In this document: positions 12,905-24,801 of the stretch, in pieces
How positions within the stretch are numbered: position 1 is the stretch's first letter
Layout: the number at the start of each line of letters is the position of its first letter
DNA from: Octopus sinensis
Taxonomy: Eukaryota
DNA: 64,000 bases
Assembly: GCF_006345805.1 (NCBI RefSeq)
Contig: NC_043004.1
Coordinates: 18,972,001-19,036,000 of the forward strand
Reading direction: 5' to 3'
Made by a program: the position numbers and the translations under genes
The notes under the pieces: model-generated
The model's input: the letters and a program-made list of their open reading frames with translations, nothing else
Told to the model about the DNA's origin: nothing
Databases searched by the model: none

Positions 12905-12905
12905 T
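12782..12905. repeat. (CT)n microsatellite with periodic TATCA interruptions
   Basis: Seen directly. Confidence 0.9.
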
Positions 12906-13748
12906 CCATCTAACGCGAAAGATGATCCACAAACATCTTATCAAAATCGTTTGGAGCTTCTCAATTAAGAAATTTTTGACTCTCCATGTACTGTGGAACC
13001 GTCTTTACGGTCGTGTTAAAGATGACGACATTCGTGTTTGTTAAAGTCTGTAATCTCCAGATAGGTCTGTGAACCGAGAACGCAAATTGACGATACATTT
13101 TCTGCAAATGCATCCTTATTCATACGCAAAAACAACAGAATAGGCTCCGTGGAAACGTCATAATTTACATCATAATTAAACCTCACGGCAGTGTATATAC
13201 AGTTAACGGAATATTCTTTTACATATGCACAAACAAAGTAGCACACATAACGCATACACATATATAATATATTTAGAAGGTTAGGTCGAGAATATATTTA
13301 AAGTAAGTTGACTTACGAAAGCTGTTGTCCTAAAAAATAGATTTAACAAAAGAAGGTGAAGAGTTTAAACTCGAATGTTTTTTTCTTTAATGCAACATAT
13401 TTAAAAGAATTTCTTTCTATGTGCATTTAAAGACACCTACAAACATTATACGTGTGTGTGTGTAGGAGTGTGTGTGTGTGCGTGTGTTTGTGCATGCGGG
13501 TGCGTATCAGTCAGAGTTCATTTTAACAACTATGTTCGAATTTAAACATAGTTGCCTTAGAGCAATATGATCTTCAGAACAACATTTTTCCTAGATCTAT
13601 TAAAGTTTAGAGATCATCTTCACAACTGATTACGTGATTGTATGTGTATGTACGTGTGTAAGTGCGTGTGTTACTACACGCACGCGCGTTATGTGTGTAG
13701 GTGTGTTCGTGCGTCTGTAAAACAGTACTTGAGTAAATTTATATACAT

Positions 13749-13822
13749 TGACGTGATGCTCAAATATGACGTAGGCTATGACGTCTCAACGAAACCAGTT
13801 ACTCTGCTTTTGTGTATATAAA
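13749..13822 (+). promoter_or_regulatory. Cluster of three CRE/ATF-like TGACGT sites followed by a TATA-like element
   Basis: TGACGTGA 13749, TGACGT 13767, TGACGTCT 13779; TATATAAA 13815-22. Function is inference. Confidence 0.3.
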
Positions 13823-13999
13823 TGATGTATTTGAATAAAAGGTATCGCTTATCCATGTCCTCCGTTCAAAACCTACTGGAGTTACCTCGTTTTTATTCAT
13901 CAAATTATGAAGTTTTAGGGATGCTAAAGTTTTTTAACAAAAATACCATTTGCTAAAACGGCAAAATATTTAAAGCGCAAGAAATGTTTTCCGATTCTT

Positions 14000-14160
14000 T
14001 ACGTTCTTTGTTGAAGTCCCGCCGGGGCCAGCTGTCCCTTCCATACTTCCGAAATCGATAAAATAAGGTACCCATCAAATACCAACGTAAACGTTATCGC
14101 CTAACAAGATCGATGGTATCGACTAACCTCCACCCTCAAAATTGCTATCTTCTTGTCTAA
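14000..14160 (+). mobile_element. Old, diverged family-A-like SINE
   Basis: gttgaagtcccgccggggcc...tcgataaaataaggtacc...gatggtatcgact...ccctcaaaattgct resembles the family A core and tail. Confidence 0.55.
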
Positions 14161-15383
14161 ATTAGGGACAGTTATCATCAAGAAAATCACGCTTCGATTG
14201 CGTATTTGTCACATACGAGCTCGACTGCGACTACGATAAATATCGTGTGTGCTCTTTTTTTTATTTCATTTATATGTTGTTGATTTATATCGGTCAGGAA
14301 TGACAAAATAAATTATTGCCACCTATAGTGTTTGAAAACCAAGGAACGGTACAGGAAACTATGCTTTGTAAACCTCTAATCTTAGCTCATCACGAGACCA
14401 ATTAACGAGATTTGAACTCAGGAGTTAGAAGAACATATTCGAATAATTTATAGTGTGTCGGACAGATTTCTTTAGTATTTTGACTAGCAGAGATATCTAA
14501 ATATAAATGGCCATGTTCTAAACTAAATGAAATAATTGCAGTATAGAACTGAAACTGTTAACCTTACTATTGCTTCACTTTACCCACGACAAATAACATG
14601 AAATCATAAATTCGAAAAGTAACAATAATTCTCTGCCCTCCAGGGCACGTCTATTCTCTTTTTAGTCAATTATTATTTGGATTTTAAAGAATATTATTCA
14701 TCTTTAAAAATGTCTGTAGCATCACTCGTATTTTCTTTTCTTCATGAGTATCACAAACTTTTTCGTTTATATCACAATCAATTATGTTACCCAAATTCTA
14801 TGATAAGCACTTATATACTCTTCTCATACTTCCTTATATCTTAATAGCTATGCTAAAATCACACCCAATTAATTTAGCAGTGCCAGAGGTTACGCCACCC
14901 ATTTCTTTTTCTCCAGCAGTTTACAGCATATATGTATACAGTGGCTTGACTCTGATGAATTTCACAAGGCATATATTAATTAATTCAGGGCAATTATTCG
15001 CAGAGAGCACTCTACAGCTAATTATAAATTCATCACACACTAAAATGTTCCCCCTTTCTTTCACCTTTTTGCGTGTGTAATTATCGTCAGACACGAACTC
15101 AATGGAAAGTTATTGACACTCCATTAATTCTTCTATCCCAAGAGTATTACAAAACACTGTTGCTACCCAGATTCCGACATCAAATTCAGGACTACAATTC
15201 ACAATAGGAAACTAATTCACACAGGTGAATAAATAGATGAGATTAAATTCAGATTATCCAATATACATACACAAAATACATAACATGCACATATGGCACA
15301 CACATACTGAAAAGAAAATCCAAGCTTACATTAATAAAAACGCACGCGTAGTGGATAGGGGATGCGTTCATCCGGGTCAGAAC

Positions 15384-15395
15384 GGCCGCCATCTT
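15384..15395 (-). promoter_or_regulatory. YY1-type motif AAGATGGCGGCC in a small CpG-rich patch
   Basis: Exact AAGATGGCGGC consensus; several CpGs at 15342-15390; the ATG could begin MAAVLTRM. Confidence 0.3.
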
Positions 15396-15975
15396 CATAT
15401 TACTTAAATCTCTGCTTTCTTTATTACCTTCTCTCTTCAATCTCTCTCTCTCTCTCTCTCTCTATTTCTATAAACTCGTTTTCTCTATTATCTCTTTACT
15501 CTCACAGTTACCCAATTTATTATATGTTCATATATTGTATATAGGTATGTATGTTTCCAGCTGTTTAAATTATTTAAATTCGTCCTCTGAGGAAGGAGCT
15601 AGTTTTTAATAAAGATACAAAGCTCCACCGTTGGAATGTAGATAACAAAAGCAGTGGCACATTTTAAACTTGAAAAAAGTCTTTCATATTTTTACTTTTC
15701 TACTTGCATGTATTTTTAAAATGCGAATTAGTTGATTTGTTCCTTTTTCTGAACACCTCAGCTTATCGAGATTGTCACTTAGGCATTTACTCACGAAACC
15801 AAGGGCACCAATTATTATTAGTGCATATGTGAAGAATTTATAATCTGGGTATAGAAGCTAGAAGTTGCCCTTTTTCTCTTTCATTTTCAAAGAGATATTC
15901 ACGTCAACAGTACAGCTGACCTCTGTGATGACCGTGTATGTATTCATTATGTGTAAGTGTGCGTGTATTTTATAT

Positions 15976-16135
15976 AAGGCTTACTCGAAACCCACAGGAT
16001 TTCTACTTCTCTGAACAAAACACATTTAGACAGTGAATAATGGGTTTGGCGTCTTCCCCCACTAGACCACCTCTCTGGGTCTTCACAGCAAGTGCCAAAT
16101 GTTATAGAAGAATGCAATGAGCTGGGGTCGACAAT
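15976..16135 (+). mobile_element. Shorter paralogous copy of the retroviral-type protease fragment
   Basis: About 80% similar by eye to 17064-17222; reads GLLETHRISTSLNKT. Confidence 0.5.
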
Positions 16136-17063
16136 ATATATATTAACTTTAATGTATGTATATACATGTGTATGCGCGCGCGCGCGTATGTTTATATGTT
16201 TGATGGTTATATAAATGTATGTATATAGTGTAGTTGTGTGTGTATGTATGTACATATATGTATACAGTGGCTTGACACTGATGCATTTCACAAGGCATAT
16301 ATTAATTAATTCAGGGCAGTTATTCGCAGAGAGCACTCTACAGCTAATTATAAATTCGTTGGCATTATAACTGATGTTTACTTAAGAGTTTATCTTCAAA
16401 TGTATACACTTATATCGCATATACATTTATTCCACACGTAAGCTATAAAACATGCATATAGTTTATTTTAAGATTCCATTTGTTTTAATGGTCATAGAAG
16501 TATTCTTCCCTTCATGATACACTTCGGAGAACTGCAACAGGAAAGCATTTCAGCACATATCACAAAATAAAACTTGATAGAAATGTTTAGTAGATGAAAT
16601 ATCTTTATTCAACACAATTCCTGACAGATGTAGACATGTTATGAATACAGTAACCAGAGCACAGAACCACTCTAAAATATACAGCTCCTAAATATGACGG
16701 ACAAAATTCAAATGCTGACATTATATCAATCACATCGGTCATAGCTACAACACACGCCAAAATCACTGCAATTGGATGATGAGATTGCAAAAGTCCAGAA
16801 ACTGTAATGATAAAAATAAAAAAGTTTACTGTTTACTATTAGCTTAGATTGTAAGAAGCTCGTTAAAAACAAAATTTCTAAACAACATAACTTTTGTTTG
16901 CTTCTTTCTTTGTTTCTTCTTTCTATCTATCTTTTGCTTTCTCATTTGTTGTGTGTGTGTGTTGTGTGTGGTGTGTGTGTGTGTGAAATGTATGTATGTA
17001 TATATCGTGGCTAGCAGTCGTGGATCGACGCCGACTGCTCTATTTAGGCTCGTATGTGGGATA

Positions 17064-17472
17064 CAAGGCTTACTCGATACCCACACGTTTTCTACTTCTC
17101 TCAACAAAACACCTTTAGACAGTGAGTAAAGGGGTTATCGTCATCCCCCACCAGACTAACTTTCTGGGTCTCCACGGTAAGTGCCAAATAGTATAGAAGA
17201 ATGCAATGAGCATGCTCGACAATAATAGTACCTGCAGTAGCAGCTTTCTTGTAGATGCCCGACCGTTGTCTGATGATACAGATCTCCTTCTTGGTCGTAA
17301 TAACCTTCAAGCCGTTGGTCTAGGACTTCTCTGCGTTGTCAGTTATCCAGCGTTCTACTGCCGACGTCTTCAACGTAACCCTCGCACGGGAGGTTAAGCG
17401 GCTGTTATCACTTACCCAAGGTGCCACTCCAGTCTCCCGAAAGAAGGGCAGACTTACACAGTTCATTACAGC
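17064..17472 (+). mobile_element. Ty3/gypsy-like pol remnant (aspartyl protease plus linker), disrupted
   Basis: Across frameshifts and a stop: GLLDT.. (active site), NFLGLHG (flap), FLVD..DTDLLLGRNNLQAVG (C-terminal LLG motif), then ADVF..LSLTQGATPV..GRL (typical protease-RT linker). Confidence 0.5.
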
Positions 17473-17505
17473 CTGGCATTGATGTAGGTGATGTACGGTA
17501 TATAT

Positions 17506-17543
<38 letters not shown>

Positions 17544-18028
17544 TGACACGCACACATAAACACACACATACACATACACACATACACACACACACATATA
17601 TTGTATGCTCTTGTTTTTACTCTGATGGAGATCCGTTGCCATAATTCGAATGCCCTATGAAGAAGAAATTAATTCTCGCATTTATTTATAGAATGCATTT
17701 TGGCAACCGATCAGTTACGGTCGTAAAATATGTTACGTCACGTAATTTATGTCATACTTTGTATTAAAATATAAGCTATAAATGTAGTCCAAAGGATGTG
17801 TTCATTAATCTGTGGTTTATCCCCAGTTTCTAATTATTTGCATTGATAAATTCTTGTTTATCATGTTGTTATCTGCATTCTACGTTCATGGTGTTCCTCT
17901 GCACAAAATTTCCCGGGGATAATACAGGTATCGGACACAGACTATAAATAAAGATATATTATCCCTTAGTCGGCTACTATAATCGCTAACTCTGTTTATA
18001 CCATATATATATATACATTATATATATA

Positions 18029-18101
<73 letters not shown>

Positions 18102-18356
18102 GTATGTATGTGTTTGTGTGTGTGAGAGAGAGAGAAAGAAAGAAAGACAGAGAGGAAGGGAAAGATCGAAACGTCAAAGACTTTTCCATTCTTCCTGAGT
18201 CTTAAACAAATGCACCTGCTTGTTGTTCCTTCACTTGACTTCATCTTTTATTTCCGTAAACACACACACATACATACACACACAAACACAAACGCATATT
18301 ATTTGAAATAGTGCAATTCGGATCAATGCGAATTAAAATTTCGCTGGCCTCTAAAA

Positions 18357-18456
18357 NNNNNNNNNNNNNNNNNNNNNNNNNNNNNNNNNNNNNNNNNNNN
18401 NNNNNNNNNNNNNNNNNNNNNNNNNNNNNNNNNNNNNNNNNNNNNNNNNNNNNNNN
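18357..18456. other. Assembly gap (100 N)
   Basis: Seen directly; a round 100 N suggests a scaffolding join of unknown true size. Confidence 0.99.
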
Positions 18457-18509
18457 GCCTTGTGAGTGGTTTGGTAGACGGAAACTGAAAGAAACACGTC
18501 GTATATATG

Positions 18510-18555
<46 letters not shown>

Positions 18556-18794
18556 TATATTGTATATGTGCGTGTGTGTTTGTGTGTCTGTGTTTGTTCC
18601 CCTAGCATTGCTTGACAACCGATGATGGTGTGTTTACGTCCCAGTCACTTAGCGGTTCGGCAGCAAAAGAGACCGATAGAATAAGTACTGGGCTTACAAA
18701 GAATAAGTCCCGGGGTGCAGTTGCTCGATTAAAGGCGGTACTCCAGCATGGCCACAGTCAGATGACTGAAAAAAAGTAAACGAGTAAAAGAGTA
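18457..18794 (+). mobile_element. SINE family B (CORE-like), 5' end lost in the gap
   Basis: Colinear with 22583-23020; internal TA/TG microsatellite. Confidence 0.9.
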
Positions 18795-18919
18795 TACACA
18801 TAAATATACCTATACACACAAGCACGTACGCGCGTACAACATATATATGTTTGTACGAGTGTGCATGTGCATTTATATATAACTGTATGTGTGCAGTTTA
18901 CATGTATGTATAATATTTT

Positions 18920-19311
18920 CAGCTCTACGCACAAAGCCCGAAAATTTTAGGGACCGGGCAGTCGATTAAACCAACTCCAGTACGCAACGGGTAATTAATT
19001 TATCGACCCCGAAAGGATGAAAGGTAAAGTCGGCCTAGGCACAATTTGATCTCAGAACGTAGCGGCAGGCGAAATACCTATTTCTTTACTACCCACAAGA
19101 GACTAAACACAGAGGGGACAAACAAGGACAGACAAACGGATTGAGTCGATTATATCAACCCCTGTGCGTAACTGGTTCTTATTTAATCGACCCCAAAAGG
19201 ATGAAAGGCAAAGTCGACCTCGGCGGAATTTGAACTCAGAACGTAGCGGCAGACAAAATACCGCTAAGCATTTCGCCCGGCGTGTTAACGTTTCTGACAG
19301 CTCGACGCCTT
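18920..19311 (-). mobile_element. Dimeric family-A SINE (full monomer plus headless monomer)
   Basis: 19080-19311 is a full monomer; 18920-19079 is a second core with an alternative tail; same junction as 21607-21966. Confidence 0.85.
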
Positions 19312-19643
19312 GTATGTACATATATATCATTACTATTTGGGAGGAGTAACACAGTCAAAAAAGATCTGAGAGTTTGGTGCATTTGCACTTATCAAACTAG
19401 TTACAGATCCAGGGGTTGCGAATTTATATAATGGTGATAATAGTATTTTCCGTTGATATTTCTGGAACAAATCATAAATAAATTTACATTACCAAGTGGC
19501 TAATACATATTTTCCAAAAAGTGTTCCCGTTATATGGTTCAATAAATCAATCAATATATAAATAAATAAGTGAAAACAATTTGTGATACTACACAGACAT
19601 AAATGAGAGTGTCGGTGAATATAAATACAATATATATATATAT

Positions 19644-19680
<37 letters not shown>

Positions 19681-19810
19681 TGCTATTATGTTAAAATGTC
19701 GTATGTTCAAATTTGGCCAAATGGGTTTTTCTCAATAATTAGTTTTGCTTGCAATAGCCGGTTCTTTTAGACAAACTAATGCATCGTAAACTATTGGCCT
19801 AAGAATTCTT

Positions 19811-19897
19811 AGACCAATAGGTTTTGGGTCTGAAGAAACGCCATAATGTTAAACCCTTTATGGGCGGGAAACCCAGGGTAATCACATAAACCGGTCT
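19811..19897 (+). ncRNA. Minimal type I hammerhead ribozyme candidate (family H2)
   Basis: Core CTGAAGA 19830-36; stem II cgccataa/ttat(g)ggcg; GAAA 19868-71; stem III ACCC-A-GGGT; GUA site with cleavage after 19880; bulged stem I ggttttgggt/atc(a)ca(t)aaacc extended by agacc/ggtct. Confidence 0.65.
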
Positions 19898-20031
19898 TCC
19901 CCATTGAATTATATATACTGCTCTATACATCTTAAAGTGTGCTGCTTCTCCGGATTTACGTTTTCTACAAACTTACATTACAAGGTGAGCAAATGTGTAC
20001 GCCGCTATATGTATACATAAATATAAAAAAA

Positions 20032-20357
20032 AAATGGAACAAAAACGCAATAAAGTACAATAAAACATCCGGACGGACAGGAAAAGCAACAAATAGAGGT
20101 ACAGGAAAAAAGAAGTACGTGTCATTCGTGGCTTTCTCTCCTCATTGTCCTTATTTATTCGGGCAGTTACACTTGAGACTGTTTAAAAGTCTAAGCTAAG
20201 TGCGGATGTGTACGACAAGCAAGCGGGTGTGTGAAACAGCAAAGACCCGTCTTTGTTTCCCATTCCTGTTCCTCTATTTGTTGTTTTTCCTGTCCGCCTT
20301 TGTATCTTCTATCTGTCCGGATGCTTTATTGTCATCTATTGCGATTTTGTCCCATTT
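20032..20357. repeat. Imperfect long inverted repeat (arms ~75/95 bp)
   Basis: aaatggaacaaaaacgcaataaagtacaataaaacatccggac...caaatagaggtacaggaa pairs with 20263-20357, with one ~18-bp indel. Confidence 0.8.
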
Positions 20358-20510
20358 GTCCGTACATACATGATTTTGGGATTCACACATTTATGCAAGC
20401 ATCCATAATAATATCTATAAAGCGAAACAAGGTATATATATATAATATAATATTATATAGATATATATATATATATATATATAGATATATATATATATAT
20501 ATATATATAT

Positions 20511-20670
20511 CTTCGAAACACGCTGGAGTTGAACTAGGGACAGCTGATGAAGGGGATTTTTCCTTGTGTAGTTTGTCTTGTAATTTTTTTTTTTTTCGTT
20601 TAGGTCCGTTTCCACGTTTGGTTTTACGTTTTCGGTTCTCGTTGAGTTCTACGTCTATTTGTGGTGTCCT
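20511..20670 (+). repeat. Interspersed repeat related to 27245-27350 (probable Penelope-type terminus)
   Basis: Shared cttcga...ctga(t/a)ga.gggga.t.tt....tgt...ctcgttg.gttctacgt layout. Confidence 0.5.
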
Positions 20671-20869
20671 CACGTATATATATTTATATATGTATGTATA
20701 TATACATGTAGATGTAGGCACGTACATATATGTATGTATGCATATATTTTATTTATTACACTATATATATATGTATATATATATATATATATATATAGTC
20801 ACATAAGCGTACCAAAATTACCTTTACATTTACACATATGCGTACACATATATGATTGCACACACATAT

Positions 20870-20914
<45 letters not shown>

Positions 20915-20926
20915 GATATATATTAC

Positions 20927-20959
<33 letters not shown>

Positions 20960-21087
20960 ATGTGTGTGTATACATACACATATGTACACAAAATATATAA
21001 AAGTTCCCCATTTATCATGTTTACATTTGCCTATGCTATAAGTACACAAATATCTAAATGTTGTCTAAATATTAGCACACACACACA

Positions 21088-21189
<102 letters not shown>

Positions 21190-21282
21190 TATACACAGGC
21201 TGAATAATGTTCCCGCTGAAACAGCAGTCCGTCCCAAGCTTACCTGTTTAGAACTAAACGACACCAACACGAATTTTGTTTA

Positions 21283-21533
21283 GCCTAATACTTATTCTAT
21301 CGGTACCTTTTGACGAACTGCTAGGTTTTGGTGACAGAAACACACCTTCACTGTTAGTCAAGCGTTGGTGGGGGATGACGGGCCTCTTTTAGTTCCCGTC
21401 TACCAAATCCACTCACAAGGCTTCGGTCGGCCCAAGTCAACAGTAGAAGGTACAAGTCCAAACTGTCACGCAGTGAGACCGATCTCAGAACCATGGGGTT
21501 GGGAAACAAGTTCTTACCACACAGCCACGCCTG
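21283..21533 (-). mobile_element. Diverged SINE family B
   Basis: cccgtctaccaaatccactcacaaggcttcggtcggccc...ttaccacacagccacgcctg is the reverse complement of the family B head. Confidence 0.8.
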
Positions 21534-21606
21534 ATGACGCAAATAGGAAAAATAGAACACAAAACATGAGTATTTATATATTTTTATTAATATTTAGCGG
21601 AAGTAA

Positions 21607-21966
21607 GGCGGCGAGCTGGCAGAAACGTTAGCACGCCGGGCGAAATGCTTAGCGGTATTTCGTCTGTGTTACGTTGTGAGTTCAAATTCCGCCGAGGTCG
21701 ACTTTGCGTTTCATCCTTTCGGGGTCGCTTAATTAAGTACCAGTTACGCACAGGGGTCGATGTAATTGACTTAATCCGTTTGTATGTCCTTGTTTGTCCC
21801 CTCTGTGTTTAGCCCCTTGTGGGTAGTAAAGAAATCTGTATTTCGTCTGTCTTTACCTTCTGAGTTCAAATTCTGTGTCGATAAATTAATAACCAGTTGC
21901 GTTACGGGGTCGATGTAATCGACTGGCCCCCTCCCGCAAAAATTGCCTAGAGTAGAAAAGAATATT
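21607..21966 (+). mobile_element. Dimeric family-A SINE
   Basis: Full monomer to ~21835, then gtatttcgtctg...gagttcaaatt...gtcgatgtaatcgactggccccctccc...tagagtagaaaag. Confidence 0.88.
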
Positions 21967-22245
21967 TAGTAGAAATAACGAATTGACTCAAGCACCAAGG
22001 GTTTCTTACTTTAACTGGTACCAAACTAGTTACAGGTCGAGGGGTAGTGAATTCATATAGCGGTAATAATAGCATTTTGCGAGATACTTCTGAAGTGAAT
22101 TATAAATCAAATACAATGTCACATGGGTAATTCAATTTTTGTTCAACAAGTAAATTAATAAATAAATAAACAAGGAAAATGTGTACACACACAGAAAAAC
22201 GAACACTGGTGAGTGAAACACACACGCACACACACACACACACAT

Positions 22246-22278
<33 letters not shown>

Positions 22279-22582
22279 CACATACATGCATGCATGCATA
22301 TATATCCGCATACATATATACATTCATGATCGTACATGTGTGATTATGGGTTCACACATACACACGCACACACGTATGTATCCACACATGAATAGATACA
22401 TCTATAAAGCTAAACAAGTGTATATATACATGAGTGCATAAATGCAACTAAATGCACATACATACACATGTTAACAAGCATATGTGTGTGCGCGTGTCTG
22501 TATATATGCGTTCATGGTGGCACATATTTATATCTATATACGCCCGTGCATGCATATATATATATATATATATATAAATAAA

Positions 22583-23020
22583 GGCGCAGGAGTGGGTGTG
22601 TGGCAAGTAGCTTGTTTACCAACCACATGGTTCCGGGTTCAGTCCCACTGTGTAGCACCTTCGGCAAGTGTCTTCTACTATAGCCTCGGGCCGACCAAAG
22701 CCTTGTGGGTGGATTTGGTAGACGGAAACTGAAAGAAGCCCGTCGTATATATGTATATATATACGTATATATATATATATATATATATATATGCGTGTGT
22801 GTGTTTTTGTGTCTGTGTTTGTCCCCCTAGCATTGCTTGACAACTGATGCTGGTGTGTTTATGTCCCCGTTACTTAGCGATTCGGCAAAAGAGACTGATA
22901 GAATAAGTACTGGGCTTACAAAAGAATAAGTCCCTGGGTCGAGTTGCTCGATTAAAGGCGGTGTTCCAGCATGGCCGCAGTCAAATGACTGAAACAAGTA
23001 AAAGAGTAAAGTGTAAAGAG
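22583..23020 (+). mobile_element. SINE family B, full length (tRNA-like head, CORE-like ccttcggcaagtgtcttc domain)
   Basis: ggcgcaggagtgg...ggttccgggttcagtccc (B-box-like)...aaatgactgaaacaagtaaaagag. Confidence 0.92.
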
Positions 23021-23119
23021 TGTATATATATATATCAATATACGCACATGCACGTAGATATACATAGATTTTCAAGTGTCAGACGGACGGAGCGGAAAAA
23101 ATTTTAAATGACAAAAAAT

Positions 23120-23440
23120 GTGTGTGCTTCTGTAGCGCTTGTCTCTCACCACAACTTGATAACCGGTATCTGTGTGTTTACGTTCCCGTAACTTTGCGTA
23201 AATAACAGTCTTTAACACTGGGATCGGTTCATTTGACAACATATTCCTCAAGGTGGTGCGTAACGGGGTCGATGTAATCGACTGGCCCCCTCCCGCAAAA
23301 TTGCCTAGAGTAGAAAAGAATATCTAGTAGAAATAACGAATTGACTCAAGAACCAAGGGTTTCTTACTTTAACTGGTACCAAACTAGTTACAGGTCGAGG
23401 GGTAGTGAAATGGCTGAAAGAAGTAAAAAGATTAAAGATA
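23120..23440 (+). mobile_element. Diverged family-B SINE 3' half interrupted by a 152-bp templated insertion
   Basis: Host tail aaggtggtgc | insert 23258-23409 | atggctgaaagaagtaaaaag. Confidence 0.75.
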
Positions 23441-23815
23441 AAAATATCTAGTATATCCTCTCTGCCATTCTCTCTTTCTTTTTTTCTTTCTTTCTTTCTT
23501 TCTGTTTTGTCTCTCTTTCTCTACCGCTCTTTTTCTTCACACACACACGAGTGAGTGAGTGTGTATTCTTACCCATACCTCCAGGAACATAGACACACAT
23601 AATATAGATACATGAATACATCCCATATGCATGCGTGTATTTGGAATATACATGCACGTAATTATATAATCGAAGAGGTTGTTAACCGTGTCATAATTGT
23701 TGTGGGAGAAGGGGTGCAAAACTAAAAGTAGAATAATATTGTACACACTCACACGCGCTCGAACCCTGTAGTACTCTTTCACCACAACTTTCCCCCACTC
23801 TTTCTTGCTGTTTCT

Positions 23816-23986
23816 GTAGTACCTGTATTTCAAAGGGCCAGCCTTGTCACTCTCTGTGTCACGCTGTATGTCCCCGAGAACTAATTTAAGAGTATATGTG
23901 TTTGTGGAGTGCTCAGCCACTTACATGTTAATTTCACGAGCATGCTCAACTGGAACCCTCGTCGTCATGACCGACGGAGTGCCACT
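23816..23986 (+). mobile_element. SINE family C, 3' part
   Basis: gtacctgtatttcaaagggccagccttgtcac...gaaccctcgtcgtcatgaccgacggagtgcc; homologous to 39835-40140 and 44251-44386. Confidence 0.85.
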
Positions 23987-24127
23987 ACATACACGTGTAT
24001 AAGTACGCATGCATGCGTGTACATAGACAAGCTCACACACACACACACACCTATATGCAACTACATACATATTTTGACTATATATTAAGACATACATATA
24101 TATGTGTGTGTGTGTCTCTCTCTCTCT

Positions 24128-24172
<45 letters not shown>

Positions 24173-24761
24173 GTATATATATAGGCATAGTTGAATGATG
24201 AAAAAATTCGCTTCGCCTCATGATGTGGCAGCCTCAATCCCGGTCGGAGACATATTTTGCAAATATCCTCTACCTTAGCGGCATGGTGATCTCAGCCTTG
24301 CGCTTAAAATCATGTCGAGGGGACTGGGAAGAAGCCGGTCAGAAAGAATTCACTTCTGATTCAAAGGTCCAGACTAATAGCATTGGCTCCCGCCGATTCA
24401 TTTTGTTTGTTTGGAATACATGTGTTTATAGGATACTTATCTTCTTGCAGATTCCGTGTACAAGGTCAACTATGATCCAACGAGTATTGGCCTTAACCTA
24501 TCAGTCATTTGGCGAGGCATTTATCACTGTATTTTTGTGTCGTTTCCTTATTTTATGTGGTAGGGCGTGATCTGAGGGAAAATTACTAACACGCTGAGAG
24601 TGTATTTAGTGCCTCACCCGCTGCTTCGTAAATACAACACTAGATACTTAATTGAACACAGACTTTGATTTTCTGTCCATTATGTAATGAAATAGCTAAG
24701 CCAATATTTATGTTTCTCATTCAACCACTGTATATATGAAAGTGCAAATTTCTATTTGTGC

Positions 24762-24801
<40 letters not shown>

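Noticed and set aside
13016-13261. Minus ORF with a superficial trypsin-like look (ILLFLRM..VSSICV)
   Set aside because: No catalytic Asp, it ends in a stop without the GWG region, and no other protease exons were found.
17101-17310. Minus ORF resembling SF1 helicase motifs II/III (IIVEHAH..SLVGD)
   Set aside because: Motif II is non-canonical and Walker A is absent; the plus-strand retropepsin reading explains more ordered motifs.
18241-18625. ORFs spanning the N run
   Set aside because: Artefacts of the assembly gap.
20511-20560. cttcGAAAc...CTGATGAagggg as a type II hammerhead (similar at 27245-27290)
   Set aside because: Stems I and III cannot be formed between the two half-cores.
24278-24560. 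Possible plus-strand exons (cttcttgcAG|..SVYKVNYDPTSIGLNLSVIWRG)
   Set aside because: Reading frame ambiguous, donors weak, no recognisable family.
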